NCBI GenBank assembly: GCA_040380025.1
Contig: JBEIJY010000001.1
Location: forward strand, 62,245-126,244
Direction: 5' to 3'
Length of the DNA: 64,000 bases
Origin: Bdellovibrionales bacterium
Lineage (GTDB): Bacteria > Bdellovibrionota > UBA1018 > CAIMNF01
Part shown: positions 28,430 to 38,230 of the stretch, one piece after another
Numbering within the stretch: the first letter of the stretch is position 1
Layout: each line of letters starts with the position of its first letter
The notes under the pieces: generated by a model
What the model was told of the DNA's origin: nothing
What the model saw: only the letters and a program-made list of their open reading frames with translations
Databases searched by the model: none
Made by a program: the position numbers and the translations under genes

Positions 28430-29860
28430 ATGATCATGACACCGACTTTTTCTCTGACTTTTTTTCTGCGCGGAACCGTTTCGTTTTTCGTGGCATTCGC
28501 CGCATTCACCGGCACCATCGCTTTCAGCACCATGATTGCTTCTGGCACGGCGGTCGCGTCTCCGGAGGGCTCCGGATTCCGGCCGAAGCCGTTCGTGTTT
28601 CGCGACGGACAAGCGGTATTCGCCGACTTTACCGAGGCCCGCTACGAGATCACCTACGACCTGAACCGCTCGATCGCACGGGCCAAAGCGCGAATCGCAT
28701 TCGAGCTTGGGGAAGAGGGCTACCCGGTCTTTGATTCCGTCACCGCCCCGGATTCGATTGTGCTCGACGGAACCCCGGTCCAAGCGATCGAGACCCGCAC
28801 CCCCTCGAACGAGACCACCCTGCGGGTCATTGCAAAAAAGGCGAGTCCGGGCGCGCACCGGCTCGAAATCGACCTGCCTCTTGTGAGCCTCGTGAAGTTC
28901 GGGCAGGACGGGGTCCGGAGCGCCTTCTGGACCTCCGACCTCGACGAGCGTAACTTTCTGGAGCGTTACCTGCCCTCGAATCTTGAATATGACCAGGTCA
29001 AAATGAACTTTGTTGTCCGGTTTGCGGGACTCAGGCAAGAGCAGTTGATTTACACGAACGGGCAGGTCCAGCGCATTGATGCCGGCACATACTCCATCGA
29101 CTTTCCCGCACACTTCACTTCCTCGAGCATCTTCTTTCATACGACCCCGAAGGGCTCGACGCTCGAGCGCTCCTTCCAGATTCGCTCGATCGATGGGCGG
29201 GTGCTGCCGGTCATGATCTACTCGGCCTATTCGGCCTTGGGGTCCCCGCTCGATGGTCTGCAAAACCGGGTCACGAAGGTGATTGCCGAGCTCGAAGCGG
29301 CTTACGGCCCCTTTCCGCATCCTTCCGTTCTGGTTCTGAACGCCGGCATGGGCGGCATGGAATACTGCGGAGCCACGATGACCGATGTGAGCTCGGTCGG
29401 GCATGAGCTGTTCCATTCGTACTTTGCTCGCGGGGTAATGCCCGCAAACGGCAATGCGGGATGGATTGATGAGGCCCTCGCTTCTTGGCGCGACAACGGC
29501 TACCCGAGTTCTTCTTCGTTCTCGGGCGGGTCTTCGATGTCGTCCCACCCCTACTACACGCGAATCACCGATCGCGCGGCCTACAGCTTCGGCGCGCGCT
29601 TCATGAGCTACCTCGACTGGAAAACCCGCGACAAAGGCGGACTGAAGCCGTTCTTGAAGTTCATGGTTCAAACCCAAACCTTCCGACCATTTCTGATCGA
29701 GGAATTCATCGCAGAAATGAGCCGTTTCTACGGTGTTGGTTTCGACGGGGACTTCCAGCGCCACACCTTCAGCACCGGACGCTCGCTCCAGGAAATGGCA
29801 CGCGACGAAGAGGCCCCGCACCCGAAGATGAGCCTCGAAGAGCTCGAACGGCTCCTTTAG
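28430..29860 (+). CDS. Secreted M1/gluzincin metallopeptidase
   Basis: GGMEY, HELFH...WIDEALA; hydrophobic N-terminus. Confidence 0.85.
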   Translation: MIMTPTFSLTFFLRGTVSFFVAFAAFTGTIAFSTMIASGTAVASPEGSGFRPKPFVFRDGQAVFADFTEARYEITYDLNRSIARAKARIAFELGEEGYPVFDSVTAPDSIVLDGTPVQAIETRTPSNETTLRVIAKKASPGAHRLEIDLPLVSLVKFGQDGVRSAFWTSDLDERNFLERYLPSNLEYDQVKMNFVVRFAGLRQEQLIYTNGQVQRIDAGTYSIDFPAHFTSSSIFFHTTPKGSTLERSFQIRSIDGRVLPVMIYSAYSALGSPLDGLQNRVTKVIAELEAAYGPFPHPSVLVLNAGMGGMEYCGATMTDVSSVGHELFHSYFARGVMPANGNAGWIDEALASWRDNGYPSSSSFSGGSSMSSHPYYTRITDRAAYSFGARFMSYLDWKTRDKGGLKPFLKFMVQTQTFRPFLIEEFIAEMSRFYGVGFDGDFQRHTFSTGRSLQEMARDEEAPHPKMSLEELERLL

Positions 29861-31794
29861 TTCGAGTCTGCGACCGCGGGAAAGTACTCGAGCTTTTCGC
29901 CGATGGCATGCCCGGCGGGGATCGGAACGCCGAGCTCGTCAATGCGAAACACACTCACCGGAAGATTCAAGGTTCTTCTGAGCTTCTCCATCGTTTCGGG
30001 TACGAAGGGGTGCAGAAAAATCATGAGGTTCTTCAGGACATAAAAGCTCGTGAACAAGGCATCCCGTCTTGCATCCTCGGGAAAGCGATCATCATGCGGC
30101 TTGAACTGGGTGAACAAACTGTTGATCTGGCGGGCGTAGTTCTCGATCAAGTTCAAAAGCGTCCCATACTCAGCGCGCTCCATCGAGTAGAGGTACTTCT
30201 TCACGAGCTTCGCCGTCTCGATCTCGACCTTCTCGATCAGCTTCCCTTCGGGCACCTGCCCGCCGAATTTCGAATGACAGGCCGATACGGGTTTTTCGAA
30301 GGCCGCATTCATGGGTCCGGCAAGGAATCGATTCCGCTCCTCGAGGGTTGAGAAATCAAAATTCGAGGACTTCTCGGGCAAACTCAGCATGGCAAGAAAA
30401 TACCGAATCTGATCGGGAGAATACCCCTTGTCGTCGATGAGCTCGTCGGCCGAATAAAAATTGCCCGTGGACTTGCTCATTTTCTCGCCGCCGACCATGA
30501 GGTGAAAGCAGCTGAACACATCGGTGAGCTGGAACTCCCCTTCGATCGGAAGCCGGGTCAGGTCCTTCTGACTGCCGATCCACATCGCGCCCTGCATGAG
30601 CACATAAAAATATACATTGTCCTGCCCGAGGAACTGCGCGATGCGTGCATTCGGGTTCTTCCAGAAATCGGCATATTCGGCAGGATTCCGCCCCTTCGCC
30701 TTCAGGGCGACCTTCGAGAACGAGATCGGCGCAATGAGCGAATCCGGCCACACGTACAGGGTCTTGCCCTTCATCTCGGGGTCCGCATCCTCGGGCATGG
30801 GAATTCCCCAGGGAACATCGCGGCTGATCGAGCGATGGGCCCACGAATCGAGGAACTGGGAGGGGATCCCGCAGGATTCGAGAAAAACCCGTCCAGCCTC
30901 GAGGTCGGCCTTGGTGGCGAAGGTGACTGCGATTTTCTTGCCAGGCGCGTAGCGGCTCTTGTGCGCGGGAAGCTCGGCTTTCCGCTCTTTGTAGGCTGGC
31001 TCATGGACATTATCGAAGATGAGCGCCGGCATGACCGTTCCGTGCACCTCGTTGTAAACGCCCGCCCGCCACTTCTTCGCCTTGCCTTCGATCCAGATCC
31101 GCAAGGGCTCGGACACCTTCCAGAGATCAAGCCACCAGTGCACGGTCTCGCGAAGCTCGGGAACCCCGTCACTCACCGCCGATCGCGGATTTTGAAGCTC
31201 GGCCGGAAGATGGGCCGTTCCGCATTTTTCGCATTCGTCGCTGTAGGCGTTGTCATTGCCGCATTTCGGGTTCGGACAGGTCCCGCGCACCAGACGGTCT
31301 TGCAAGAACCTTCCGATCTTCGGATCGTACCACTGCCGGCTCGTGCGTTTTTCGAGCATGCCGTTTTGGTGGAGCTTTCTTAAAAACTCCTGCGAGAGCT
31401 CCTTGTGGACCGGAAAGCACTCGGGGCTCGAGGTGCCGGTATATTTTTCGATGCTGATCGAATAGCGGTTCAGGGTTTTTTCTTGCAGCGCATGGATGCC
31501 GTCGATGAACTCGCGCACAGGCTTCCCCGCTTGGATCGCGGCAAGCTCGGAGGTCGAGCCATGGTCGTCGGTCCCGCACACGAACAGCACGTTTTCTTCG
31601 CCGATCAGCATGCGCATGTACCGCGCGTAAATGTCGGGCGGAACCAGGGCTCCCGCAAGATGCCCGAGATGAAGCGGCCCATTCGCATAGGGCATCCCCC
31701 CCGTCACCACCATGCGTGCGGGACGGAACGTTTGGCGCTTGATCCACTCAATGTCGTTCGGATTGACGGGGGCTCGTTCAGGCTGTGTGCTCAT
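29857..31794 (-). CDS. metG: Methionine--tRNA ligase
   Basis: PYANGPLHLGH, GTDDHG, Zn-knuckle cysteines, SISRDVPWG, YVWPD, KMSKS. Confidence 0.96.
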   Translation of the reverse strand: MSTQPERAPVNPNDIEWIKRQTFRPARMVVTGGMPYANGPLHLGHLAGALVPPDIYARYMRMLIGEENVLFVCGTDDHGSTSELAAIQAGKPVREFIDGIHALQEKTLNRYSISIEKYTGTSSPECFPVHKELSQEFLRKLHQNGMLEKRTSRQWYDPKIGRFLQDRLVRGTCPNPKCGNDNAYSDECEKCGTAHLPAELQNPRSAVSDGVPELRETVHWWLDLWKVSEPLRIWIEGKAKKWRAGVYNEVHGTVMPALIFDNVHEPAYKERKAELPAHKSRYAPGKKIAVTFATKADLEAGRVFLESCGIPSQFLDSWAHRSISRDVPWGIPMPEDADPEMKGKTLYVWPDSLIAPISFSKVALKAKGRNPAEYADFWKNPNARIAQFLGQDNVYFYVLMQGAMWIGSQKDLTRLPIEGEFQLTDVFSCFHLMVGGEKMSKSTGNFYSADELIDDKGYSPDQIRYFLAMLSLPEKSSNFDFSTLEERNRFLAGPMNAAFEKPVSACHSKFGGQVPEGKLIEKVEIETAKLVKKYLYSMERAEYGTLLNLIENYARQINSLFTQFKPHDDRFPEDARRDALFTSFYVLKNLMIFLHPFVPETMEKLRRTLNLPVSVFRIDELGVPIPAGHAIGEKLEYFPAVADSN

Positions 31795-31972
31795 CCCGAT
31801 TTTATATCCTCACGAGGAGCAAAACCTCAACCCGCCACTTTTAAATCGAAGCGGTCGAATGTCCGCTTGCCAAATCAGAACGAACCCGATAACGACTTCG
31901 TACCGCCTTGGGAGGCTGCGTCAACCCAAAAGGTTGACAAGGTTTGGCGGAACATCATTCGGGAGGAACAGC

Positions 31973-34603
31973 ATGCGCAAGCATTTTGTTGTGTTGGGTT
32001 TGGTCGTTTCTTTTTTCGTTTCATTCCAGGCGGAATCGGCTCCGCCTGAATTCAAAATCTACGAGTACATCACTCAGCTGGTCTACCCCGAGGGCAGGGT
32101 CGATCTTCGCATCGAGATGCGAATCAGCACGGGCCGCGAGGATTTCGCGGACGAGTGCACGCTGTCGATCAAGAATAGTGCTTCGAACGAGTGGCTTCCG
32201 ATCCACGACGAGAAGCTGATCCGGTTCTCGAAGGTCACCTACACGCGCGATCTCTCTCCCGGGGTGAAAGTCCGCGAATGGCTCATCGCGAGCCCCGCGG
32301 ACGGAAACCCGAAAAACGTGCGGAATGATCTCGGAATCGCGTTCCAGGATTCCGATCTCCGGCAGACCCAGCTTTATCGCCAGTCGCTGAAGTCCCGCAT
32401 CGAAGATGAGTTCTCGGCCATCGCAAAAGGCGCAACGGCCCTTCCCGAGTCACCGCGGGCGACGGCGAAGGCTCCGGTCAAGACGAAGAACAGCATCCTT
32501 TTTTACGAAGGCGATCGCGAGTTCGCACTGACCTTCGAGAAAAACGACGCGGTTCTGTCTTCGTCGGACGGCAAGTCTGTCCGCTTTGCCAAAGAGGGCG
32601 TCTCGCTGAACTCCCTGCACCACATCGAAGATGGCATTTTGTATCTGACCGGCACCGCCCGGATTTTCGACCTGCGGATGTTCGATGCCGAGGTTTCGTT
32701 CATCGGAAACACCACACTCACGAATTCGGTGCAACGGGCCGATGGCGGCATGGCCGAACCCGAAACGGAATTCAACCGTTTGTATCCGGACCTCGTGAAG
32801 AAGGAACGCGAACTGATCGAGAAGAAGCTTGCGGCTCCCATGACCGAGGAGGCGAGCGAGACCGTGCTCCGGATTGCGCGCTCCCTTCGATTGAACAAGA
32901 GCGTGAAGCTTTTGGGCCCTGCCGGAAGCGGCAAGACCTCCGAGATGAAGGCCCTCGCGCGCCTGATCGCGGCCGGGAAAATCCCCTCGATTCCGCGGAC
33001 GGCGCAGATCCGCGTGATCTCGTTGAACTCCCTTGCCTCGGGCACGAAGTACGTGGGCGAAATCGAGCAAAAAATCGCCGTGATTCTGGAATACGCGAGC
33101 ACTGCCCGGCCGATCCTCCTGATCGACGAGTTCCATGTCGCTTCGGGGGTCGGCGTGAGCCAGGGGAACCCGAACAACATCGCGCAGGCCCTGAAGCCGT
33201 ATCTCGAGGACGGCTCGCTCCGCATGGTCGGGATCTCGACGAATCAGGAGTGGGACAATGCGTTTGCGAACGACGCAGCCTTCGACCAGCGTTTTGAGGA
33301 AGTCACCCATGCCGAACCGAAGGGCGAAGAACTCCGCCAGAAGGTGCGGAACTCGTTTGTGCTCCGGGGCCTCCCCGTTCCGGGCCCTGATGCCATCGAG
33401 CGCGCGATTGTGCTTTCGGATCGCTTTGCGATCAGCGGCGCACAACCCAGAAAAGCCGTGAACTTGCTCATCAAAGCGACCGGCATCATGGACGAGATGG
33501 GACAAGTGGGCGCGCCCGCGAATGTTCAGTCGGTCGAGAGTGCCGCCGTCGAGAGCTACCAGATCGATCCGACCGCGTTCGACCGCGCGAAAATCCAGGA
33601 GCGACTCGCGAACATGCGCCAGGTGCTCGAAAGCCAGATCGTGGGCCAGCGCGAAGCGATCGAAAAGATGAGCCAGGTGTGGTTCCGGAAGCTCACCGGC
33701 GTGGGCTCGAGCCAGACCGCGAATGCGATTCTGTTCTTCGGCCCCCCCGGCACCGGAAAAACCCTGACCGCACGCCTCTCGGCGCAAGCCGGAGGCTTCA
33801 AATCGATGGTGATCGAGATGAACAAGTACGCGAATGGCGATGTCGAGGCATTCCGCTACGAGGTTTTCCGGGCCCTTCGCGGAAGCCCGAATACGGTCAT
33901 CATTCTGGACGAGATCGAAAAGGCCCATCCGAAGGTGCAGAATGCGACTCTGGCGATGATGCAGCCCGGGCAGTTCACCGTGAACTTCGAAGACCAAGGG
34001 GGACGAAAGGTCTTCGAAGAGGTGAACAGCTCGAATGCGATCTTCGTGCTGACGACGAATGCAGGACAATCGCTCTTCACCCGCGAGGCGCCGCGCGCCC
34101 AGCTCGGATACCGGCCCGTTCCGATTCCGACCGAGCTCCCGGGGGGTGCCCAGGCCACATCGGGCGAGATCACTGCAACGCTTGTTCGCGACGGGATCTC
34201 GGAGCCCCTGCTCTCGCGGATCGAGGCCGTGGTCGGAATGGCGCGGCCCAGTGCCGGAGAGTTCCGGACGGCGCTTGCACGCGAGATTCAGGCGACGCTT
34301 GCGCGCGAGAGCGAGAAAGTCGGAGTGACGTTCCGCCTGAGCAACCAGGAAGCCCTGATCGAAAAACTCATGACGAGTTATCAGCCGAACGCGTCTGATT
34401 ATCGAGATGTGGGCGCACTCTTGCGCGAGAACCTTGACCCCCTGATCGCACAGGCGATCATCGAACCCGGGATCGAGACGGCACGGGTGATCCGGATCGA
34501 CTGGTCCCCGCTCATCAATGTGAAGGACCTTCCGAGCGCAAAACCGTGTGACTTCTTGCTTCGCAAAATCAACCGCCCGCTCGGGGAGCTCGGGCGCCAA
34601 TGA
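31973..34603 (+). CDS. Signal-peptide-bearing ClpA/B-like double AAA+ protein
   Basis: MRKHFVVLGLVVSFFVSFQAESA after SD GGAGG; D1 GPAGSGKT, GTKYVGEIE, LIDEFH; D2 IVGQREA, GPPGTGKT, ILDEIEKAHP, LTTNAG. Confidence 0.85.
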   Translation: MRKHFVVLGLVVSFFVSFQAESAPPEFKIYEYITQLVYPEGRVDLRIEMRISTGREDFADECTLSIKNSASNEWLPIHDEKLIRFSKVTYTRDLSPGVKVREWLIASPADGNPKNVRNDLGIAFQDSDLRQTQLYRQSLKSRIEDEFSAIAKGATALPESPRATAKAPVKTKNSILFYEGDREFALTFEKNDAVLSSSDGKSVRFAKEGVSLNSLHHIEDGILYLTGTARIFDLRMFDAEVSFIGNTTLTNSVQRADGGMAEPETEFNRLYPDLVKKERELIEKKLAAPMTEEASETVLRIARSLRLNKSVKLLGPAGSGKTSEMKALARLIAAGKIPSIPRTAQIRVISLNSLASGTKYVGEIEQKIAVILEYASTARPILLIDEFHVASGVGVSQGNPNNIAQALKPYLEDGSLRMVGISTNQEWDNAFANDAAFDQRFEEVTHAEPKGEELRQKVRNSFVLRGLPVPGPDAIERAIVLSDRFAISGAQPRKAVNLLIKATGIMDEMGQVGAPANVQSVESAAVESYQIDPTAFDRAKIQERLANMRQVLESQIVGQREAIEKMSQVWFRKLTGVGSSQTANAILFFGPPGTGKTLTARLSAQAGGFKSMVIEMNKYANGDVEAFRYEVFRALRGSPNTVIILDEIEKAHPKVQNATLAMMQPGQFTVNFEDQGGRKVFEEVNSSNAIFVLTTNAGQSLFTREAPRAQLGYRPVPIPTELPGGAQATSGEITATLVRDGISEPLLSRIEAVVGMARPSAGEFRTALAREIQATLARESEKVGVTFRLSNQEALIEKLMTSYQPNASDYRDVGALLRENLDPLIAQAIIEPGIETARVIRIDWSPLINVKDLPSAKPCDFLLRKINRPLGELGRQ

Positions 34604-34620
34604 ATCAATCGGGGGGAATC

Positions 34621-35673
34621 ATGATGAATCGAATGTCTGTTCGCACCGCAGTGGCCGTCCTGATCGGCGCTCTGGTTTTATCGCAAGGTGCGCTCGCACA
34701 AACGCCCGAGGAACCAACGGGCACGGATCGTCTGGCTCTTGCGATCGAGAGCATGAAGGAAGAAACGATCGGCCAGGACTATGCGATCGAGAAGCTGGCG
34801 GGTTCGCTCTCGGAGGAACGCTCGGTCACCCTCCTTGTGGGCCCCGAGGGAACCGGAAAAACCACGCTCGCCCGGAACGCGACCCTTGCACTTGGACTGA
34901 ATGCGGTGGAGTTCGATCTCGCGAAGGCGAATTCGAGCTGGACGGAGGTGCTGGCCGCGATCGGACTCGGGGTCACGAAAGAGGGCACGGACACGGTGAT
35001 TCTGAGCGGAATCGAGGCCCTGTCTCCCCGTGAGCAGGTTCAGCTTGCGCTCATTCTTCAAAAACGGAAGTTCGTGATCCAACTGCCTGCTGCGAAAGCG
35101 AAAACCCCGAAACCGACGATCGTGGACCTGTCGGCGACGCGGTTTGTGCTGATCACCCACGAGGGCGAGAATCTGTTTCGCACTCCGGTGGGATTCCGCA
35201 CGTCGTGGATCCACTACCCGGACACAGATGCGTATGTGCGGGAGATCTCGAATGAGCGGATCAAGCTTGCGCTCTCGAATGTTACTTTGGTCGAGCCGCT
35301 CGTCGATGCGGCGACGACGATGATCCCGGTACGAAGGCTCAGCGCGGAGGAATACAAGTTCGCAATCGCTGAAACTCTGGATCGCATCACGATGGCGCTC
35401 GAGGAAGAGCTGAAAAAACCGGTCATGATCGAGCGAAAAGAAGCGCTGATCGAGAAGCTCTTCGAGCGGACCCATTTGGCGAACCGCTCGACTTTTCATG
35501 ATCTGAACGAATCGATCGCGGAACTCCTGCCCGAAGAACTGGACCCGGGTGCGATTTCGCCCCGGATCCGCCGCCTGAAGTCGATTGTCCTCTCGTGGTC
35601 GGACGAGACGCTTCAGATCTCGGTCTCGCGCTCCTGTTCTGACCTTTTGAAGGGCGAAAAGAAAGACGACTAG
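34621..35673 (+). CDS. Signal-peptide-bearing single AAA+ (Clp D2-like) protein with degenerate Walker B
   Basis: Signal peptide ending ALA-Q; TIGQDYAI, GPEGTGKTT, VILSGIEAL; alternative start at 34600. Confidence 0.75.
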   Translation: MMNRMSVRTAVAVLIGALVLSQGALAQTPEEPTGTDRLALAIESMKEETIGQDYAIEKLAGSLSEERSVTLLVGPEGTGKTTLARNATLALGLNAVEFDLAKANSSWTEVLAAIGLGVTKEGTDTVILSGIEALSPREQVQLALILQKRKFVIQLPAAKAKTPKPTIVDLSATRFVLITHEGENLFRTPVGFRTSWIHYPDTDAYVREISNERIKLALSNVTLVEPLVDAATTMIPVRRLSAEEYKFAIAETLDRITMALEEELKKPVMIERKEALIEKLFERTHLANRSTFHDLNESIAELLPEELDPGAISPRIRRLKSIVLSWSDETLQISVSRSCSDLLKGEKKDD

Positions 35674-35684
35674 GCGAAACGGGT

Positions 35685-36656
35685 TTAAAACTCGCCTTTT
35701 TCGAAGATCCAGCTCCAGATCAACTCCTGGTACTCGTCGTTGACCCCGGCCACATCGAAATCGGGGTCATTCTCTTCGATCGCCTTGATCATGAGGTCGG
35801 CGAACGCCTTGCGCTCTTCGAGGCCGCCCAAATGCCGGCTGAAGACCATCTTCACCGCCCGCATGATGCTTCCCGTGTCCGGACCGACCTCGCCCATGTA
35901 CTTGCGGGTGAAGATCGCAAGCTCGGCCATGCGGTCCACGGCGCGGATGCGGTCGCCCCGAAGCCAAAGGTCGATCGCGTCCTTGCATACCGTCCTGACG
36001 GTCGCGACGGCGTTCACGAGGGCCGTGCGTGCAGCAAGCTGGGTCGGCGTGAACTCCCCCATCATCCGGGCGTAAATCTCGTCGAGCTTGAAGTTCTCGG
36101 GGGCGTCGTTCTTCCAGGTCTTTCCTTCGCGGAGCCGGAATGCGGCGGAGGTCGAGATCGATGAAAGCCGGTCCCAGAAGGGGGCGCCGAACTTCAGGAT
36201 TCCGATCATCGTGAGCGGCACCGTGAGCTCGGTGATCCACCCCCAGCCCGAGTCGGCCGGAATCGAGCCCTTCAGCGCGTGGTTCAAGTACGCCGAACCC
36301 GCCATGGCCGACAAGATGAGCCCGTAGCCGCGAACCAGGGTGAAGGTTCGATTCACTGCTTGCCGGCCTTGCAGGACCCGCCCCACCTCGGTGCGCACCA
36401 CGGCCTCGATCTCGGCCCGTTCACAGCCTTCGGGTCGCAGGCACTGATTCAGCACTTTGTTCGAGATGTTTCTGCGCAGGATGCGGATCATGAGGCGATC
36501 GAGCCCGTCCTCGGCCCGGTTCAGCTCGTTCAGAATCTGCTCGGACGCAACAGCCTTCACCTCGGCCCTGGTCAGCAAAAGCCCGCACTCGGATGCCCGA
36601 GCGGAGAACGAGAGCAAAAGAAACAGCAAGACCCCGCTTCGTACCCGATTTCCCAT
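35685..36656 (-). CDS. Secreted or membrane hypothetical protein
   Basis: Signal peptide ending ARA-SECGLLL; central hydrophobic hairpin; SD GGAGG. Confidence 0.75.
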   Translation of the reverse strand: MGNRVRSGVLLFLLLSFSARASECGLLLTRAEVKAVASEQILNELNRAEDGLDRLMIRILRRNISNKVLNQCLRPEGCERAEIEAVVRTEVGRVLQGRQAVNRTFTLVRGYGLILSAMAGSAYLNHALKGSIPADSGWGWITELTVPLTMIGILKFGAPFWDRLSSISTSAAFRLREGKTWKNDAPENFKLDEIYARMMGEFTPTQLAARTALVNAVATVRTVCKDAIDLWLRGDRIRAVDRMAELAIFTRKYMGEVGPDTGSIMRAVKMVFSRHLGGLEERKAFADLMIKAIEENDPDFDVAGVNDEYQELIWSWIFEKGEF

Positions 36657-36750
36657 GATGCCTCCGCGGGCGAGGCTATCAAAAAATCAGGAAATGGGAA
36701 GGGGCGGCAGCCCGGTAAATTCGTTGATCGGAGAAATAGCTGAGCAAAAG

Positions 36751-37686
36751 CTATTGATTTACCGGGCCATATTTGCCAGATTTCAGAAGATTTCGGTAAA
36801 CATCCCTTTGAGACTCGCTCATCCTGAGTCTCATGGGATCCAAGGTGGAATACTTGCTCGAACTCATCAGACGCCCCCCTTCGAAAGTATCAACTGCCTC
36901 GGTGATATTATCGGCGAAATATTCCATTGTTTGCATTTTCCAATTATTCTGATTCAGCTCTCGAAACAATAGAATCACGGATAACGGCTTCTTCTCCAGC
37001 CGATTCCTGATGAAAAGCAGATAGTCCGAAAGAATGGACTCCGTCATGACTTCACAAGATTTCGCGTTTTGATCTTTATAAATACTCGAGAACAACCCAT
37101 GGTCCTCAGCGCAGTCAAAGCGACTGTGGACACCGAACAAACGCGATTGAATCCCGTCAATGAACTCCGAGGACACCTTTTCGAGAGGATCCTCGATCCA
37201 AACCCGGAAGGAGGCTGCAGGCGGTATGAAGATCGTCTCCGGATTCCGTTTTGCGATCGAGTAGGAGCTACTCTCCGCATGCCCCGAGGATCGATCAAGG
37301 ACGCTGTATCCCATCATGAAATTGAAAAAATTCGGATGATCCCGATGATTCACATATTGAACCGTGGAGTTGAAACTACTCCTCCATGTTCTCGAGATCT
37401 CGACTCGCGGATCATTTTCCTTCACGAATACATCGAGCTTTACCCCCTCAAAAACTGCAGAAATCGAGGCCATATTGACTTCAATGACAGCAGAAGTCTT
37501 GTTCCTCATCTCGAGGATCCCACCCGAGAGAGGAACTGGCGTAAATGAAACATCCAATCGAGAATCAGCTTCCCCGGAGCTCCTCCGGACACTGTAATCC
37601 AGATAAACATATCGATTCGGCGAAATCGCACACGCAGAAACCATAAACATCAGTATTCCGCCCAAGATAAAATGATTTTTGATCAT
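36751..37686 (-). CDS. Putative lipoprotein, lower GC than the backbone
   Basis: MIKNHFILGGILMFMVSAC lipobox; AT-richer codons. Confidence 0.7.
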   Translation of the reverse strand: MIKNHFILGGILMFMVSACAISPNRYVYLDYSVRRSSGEADSRLDVSFTPVPLSGGILEMRNKTSAVIEVNMASISAVFEGVKLDVFVKENDPRVEISRTWRSSFNSTVQYVNHRDHPNFFNFMMGYSVLDRSSGHAESSSYSIAKRNPETIFIPPAASFRVWIEDPLEKVSSEFIDGIQSRLFGVHSRFDCAEDHGLFSSIYKDQNAKSCEVMTESILSDYLLFIRNRLEKKPLSVILLFRELNQNNWKMQTMEYFADNITEAVDTFEGGRLMSSSKYSTLDPMRLRMSESQRDVYRNLLKSGKYGPVNQ

Positions 37687-37812
37687 GAGTTGTATTTTAC
37701 AAAACCAGCGGCAACCGGTCAAATAATTCCCGGCAAAGCCGGGGAGGACGACTTCTCCCGGGCCACTTCTTCGCCCGTTTCAATTTGGCTAAGTCGAGCG
37801 AAGTGAGCGAAA

Positions 37813-38040
37813 GAGGCGTATGAATAATACGCCGGACTGAGCGAATCTGATGCGAGACGACCCCAAATTGGATTGGGTGAAGAAGTGGTTGGGGCGCTAG
37901 GATTCATCTCGGCCGTCCCGGCCTCGACCATGCGGACGGCAGTCGCTACCGCTCCCGCCGTGCAAAAATGCCTCCGCTCCTGGCGGAGCTTCCTTGGCAT
38001 TAACGCCCCAACCACTTCTCTCCTGTATCTCCCGGAATCC
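37813..38040. repeat. 228 bp direct repeat, copy 1 (contains tRNA-Gln 3' end in both orientations)
   Basis: Matches 39507..39734 with 5 substitutions counted by eye. Confidence 0.95.
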
Positions 38041-38166
38041 GGGATAGAGCTGTCCTGTGTGTTGAAATCCATTGCGATCCGGTTCGGAGAAACAATCGGT
38101 TGCTGATCCCGGCAGATCAGTTGTGAACTGCGGGAGCGGGGTGGGGGGGCGGTACTCGATTCAACC

Positions 38167-38203
38167 TATGTAAAATTAAAAGCAATGATTTCAATTTTAC
38201 ATA
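38167..38203. promoter_or_regulatory. AT-rich inverted repeat upstream of the AAA_14 gene (operator candidate)
   Basis: TATGTAAAATT-N15-AATTTTACATA, perfect 11 bp arms. Confidence 0.5.
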
Positions 38204-38230
38204 TGTTAAAAAATGGTGCATAGTGGAGAA

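Noticed and set aside
31712-31972. N-terminal extensions in the ORF track for the AAA+ gene (and for 52802, 58394)
   Set aside because: They overlap divergent genes or promoters; downstream ATGs with an SD, signal peptide or family start fit better.
37881-38019. Calling the elements intact extra tRNA genes
   Set aside because: Only the acceptor and 3' T-arm sequence is present; the D and anticodon arms and the TTC of the T-loop are missing.
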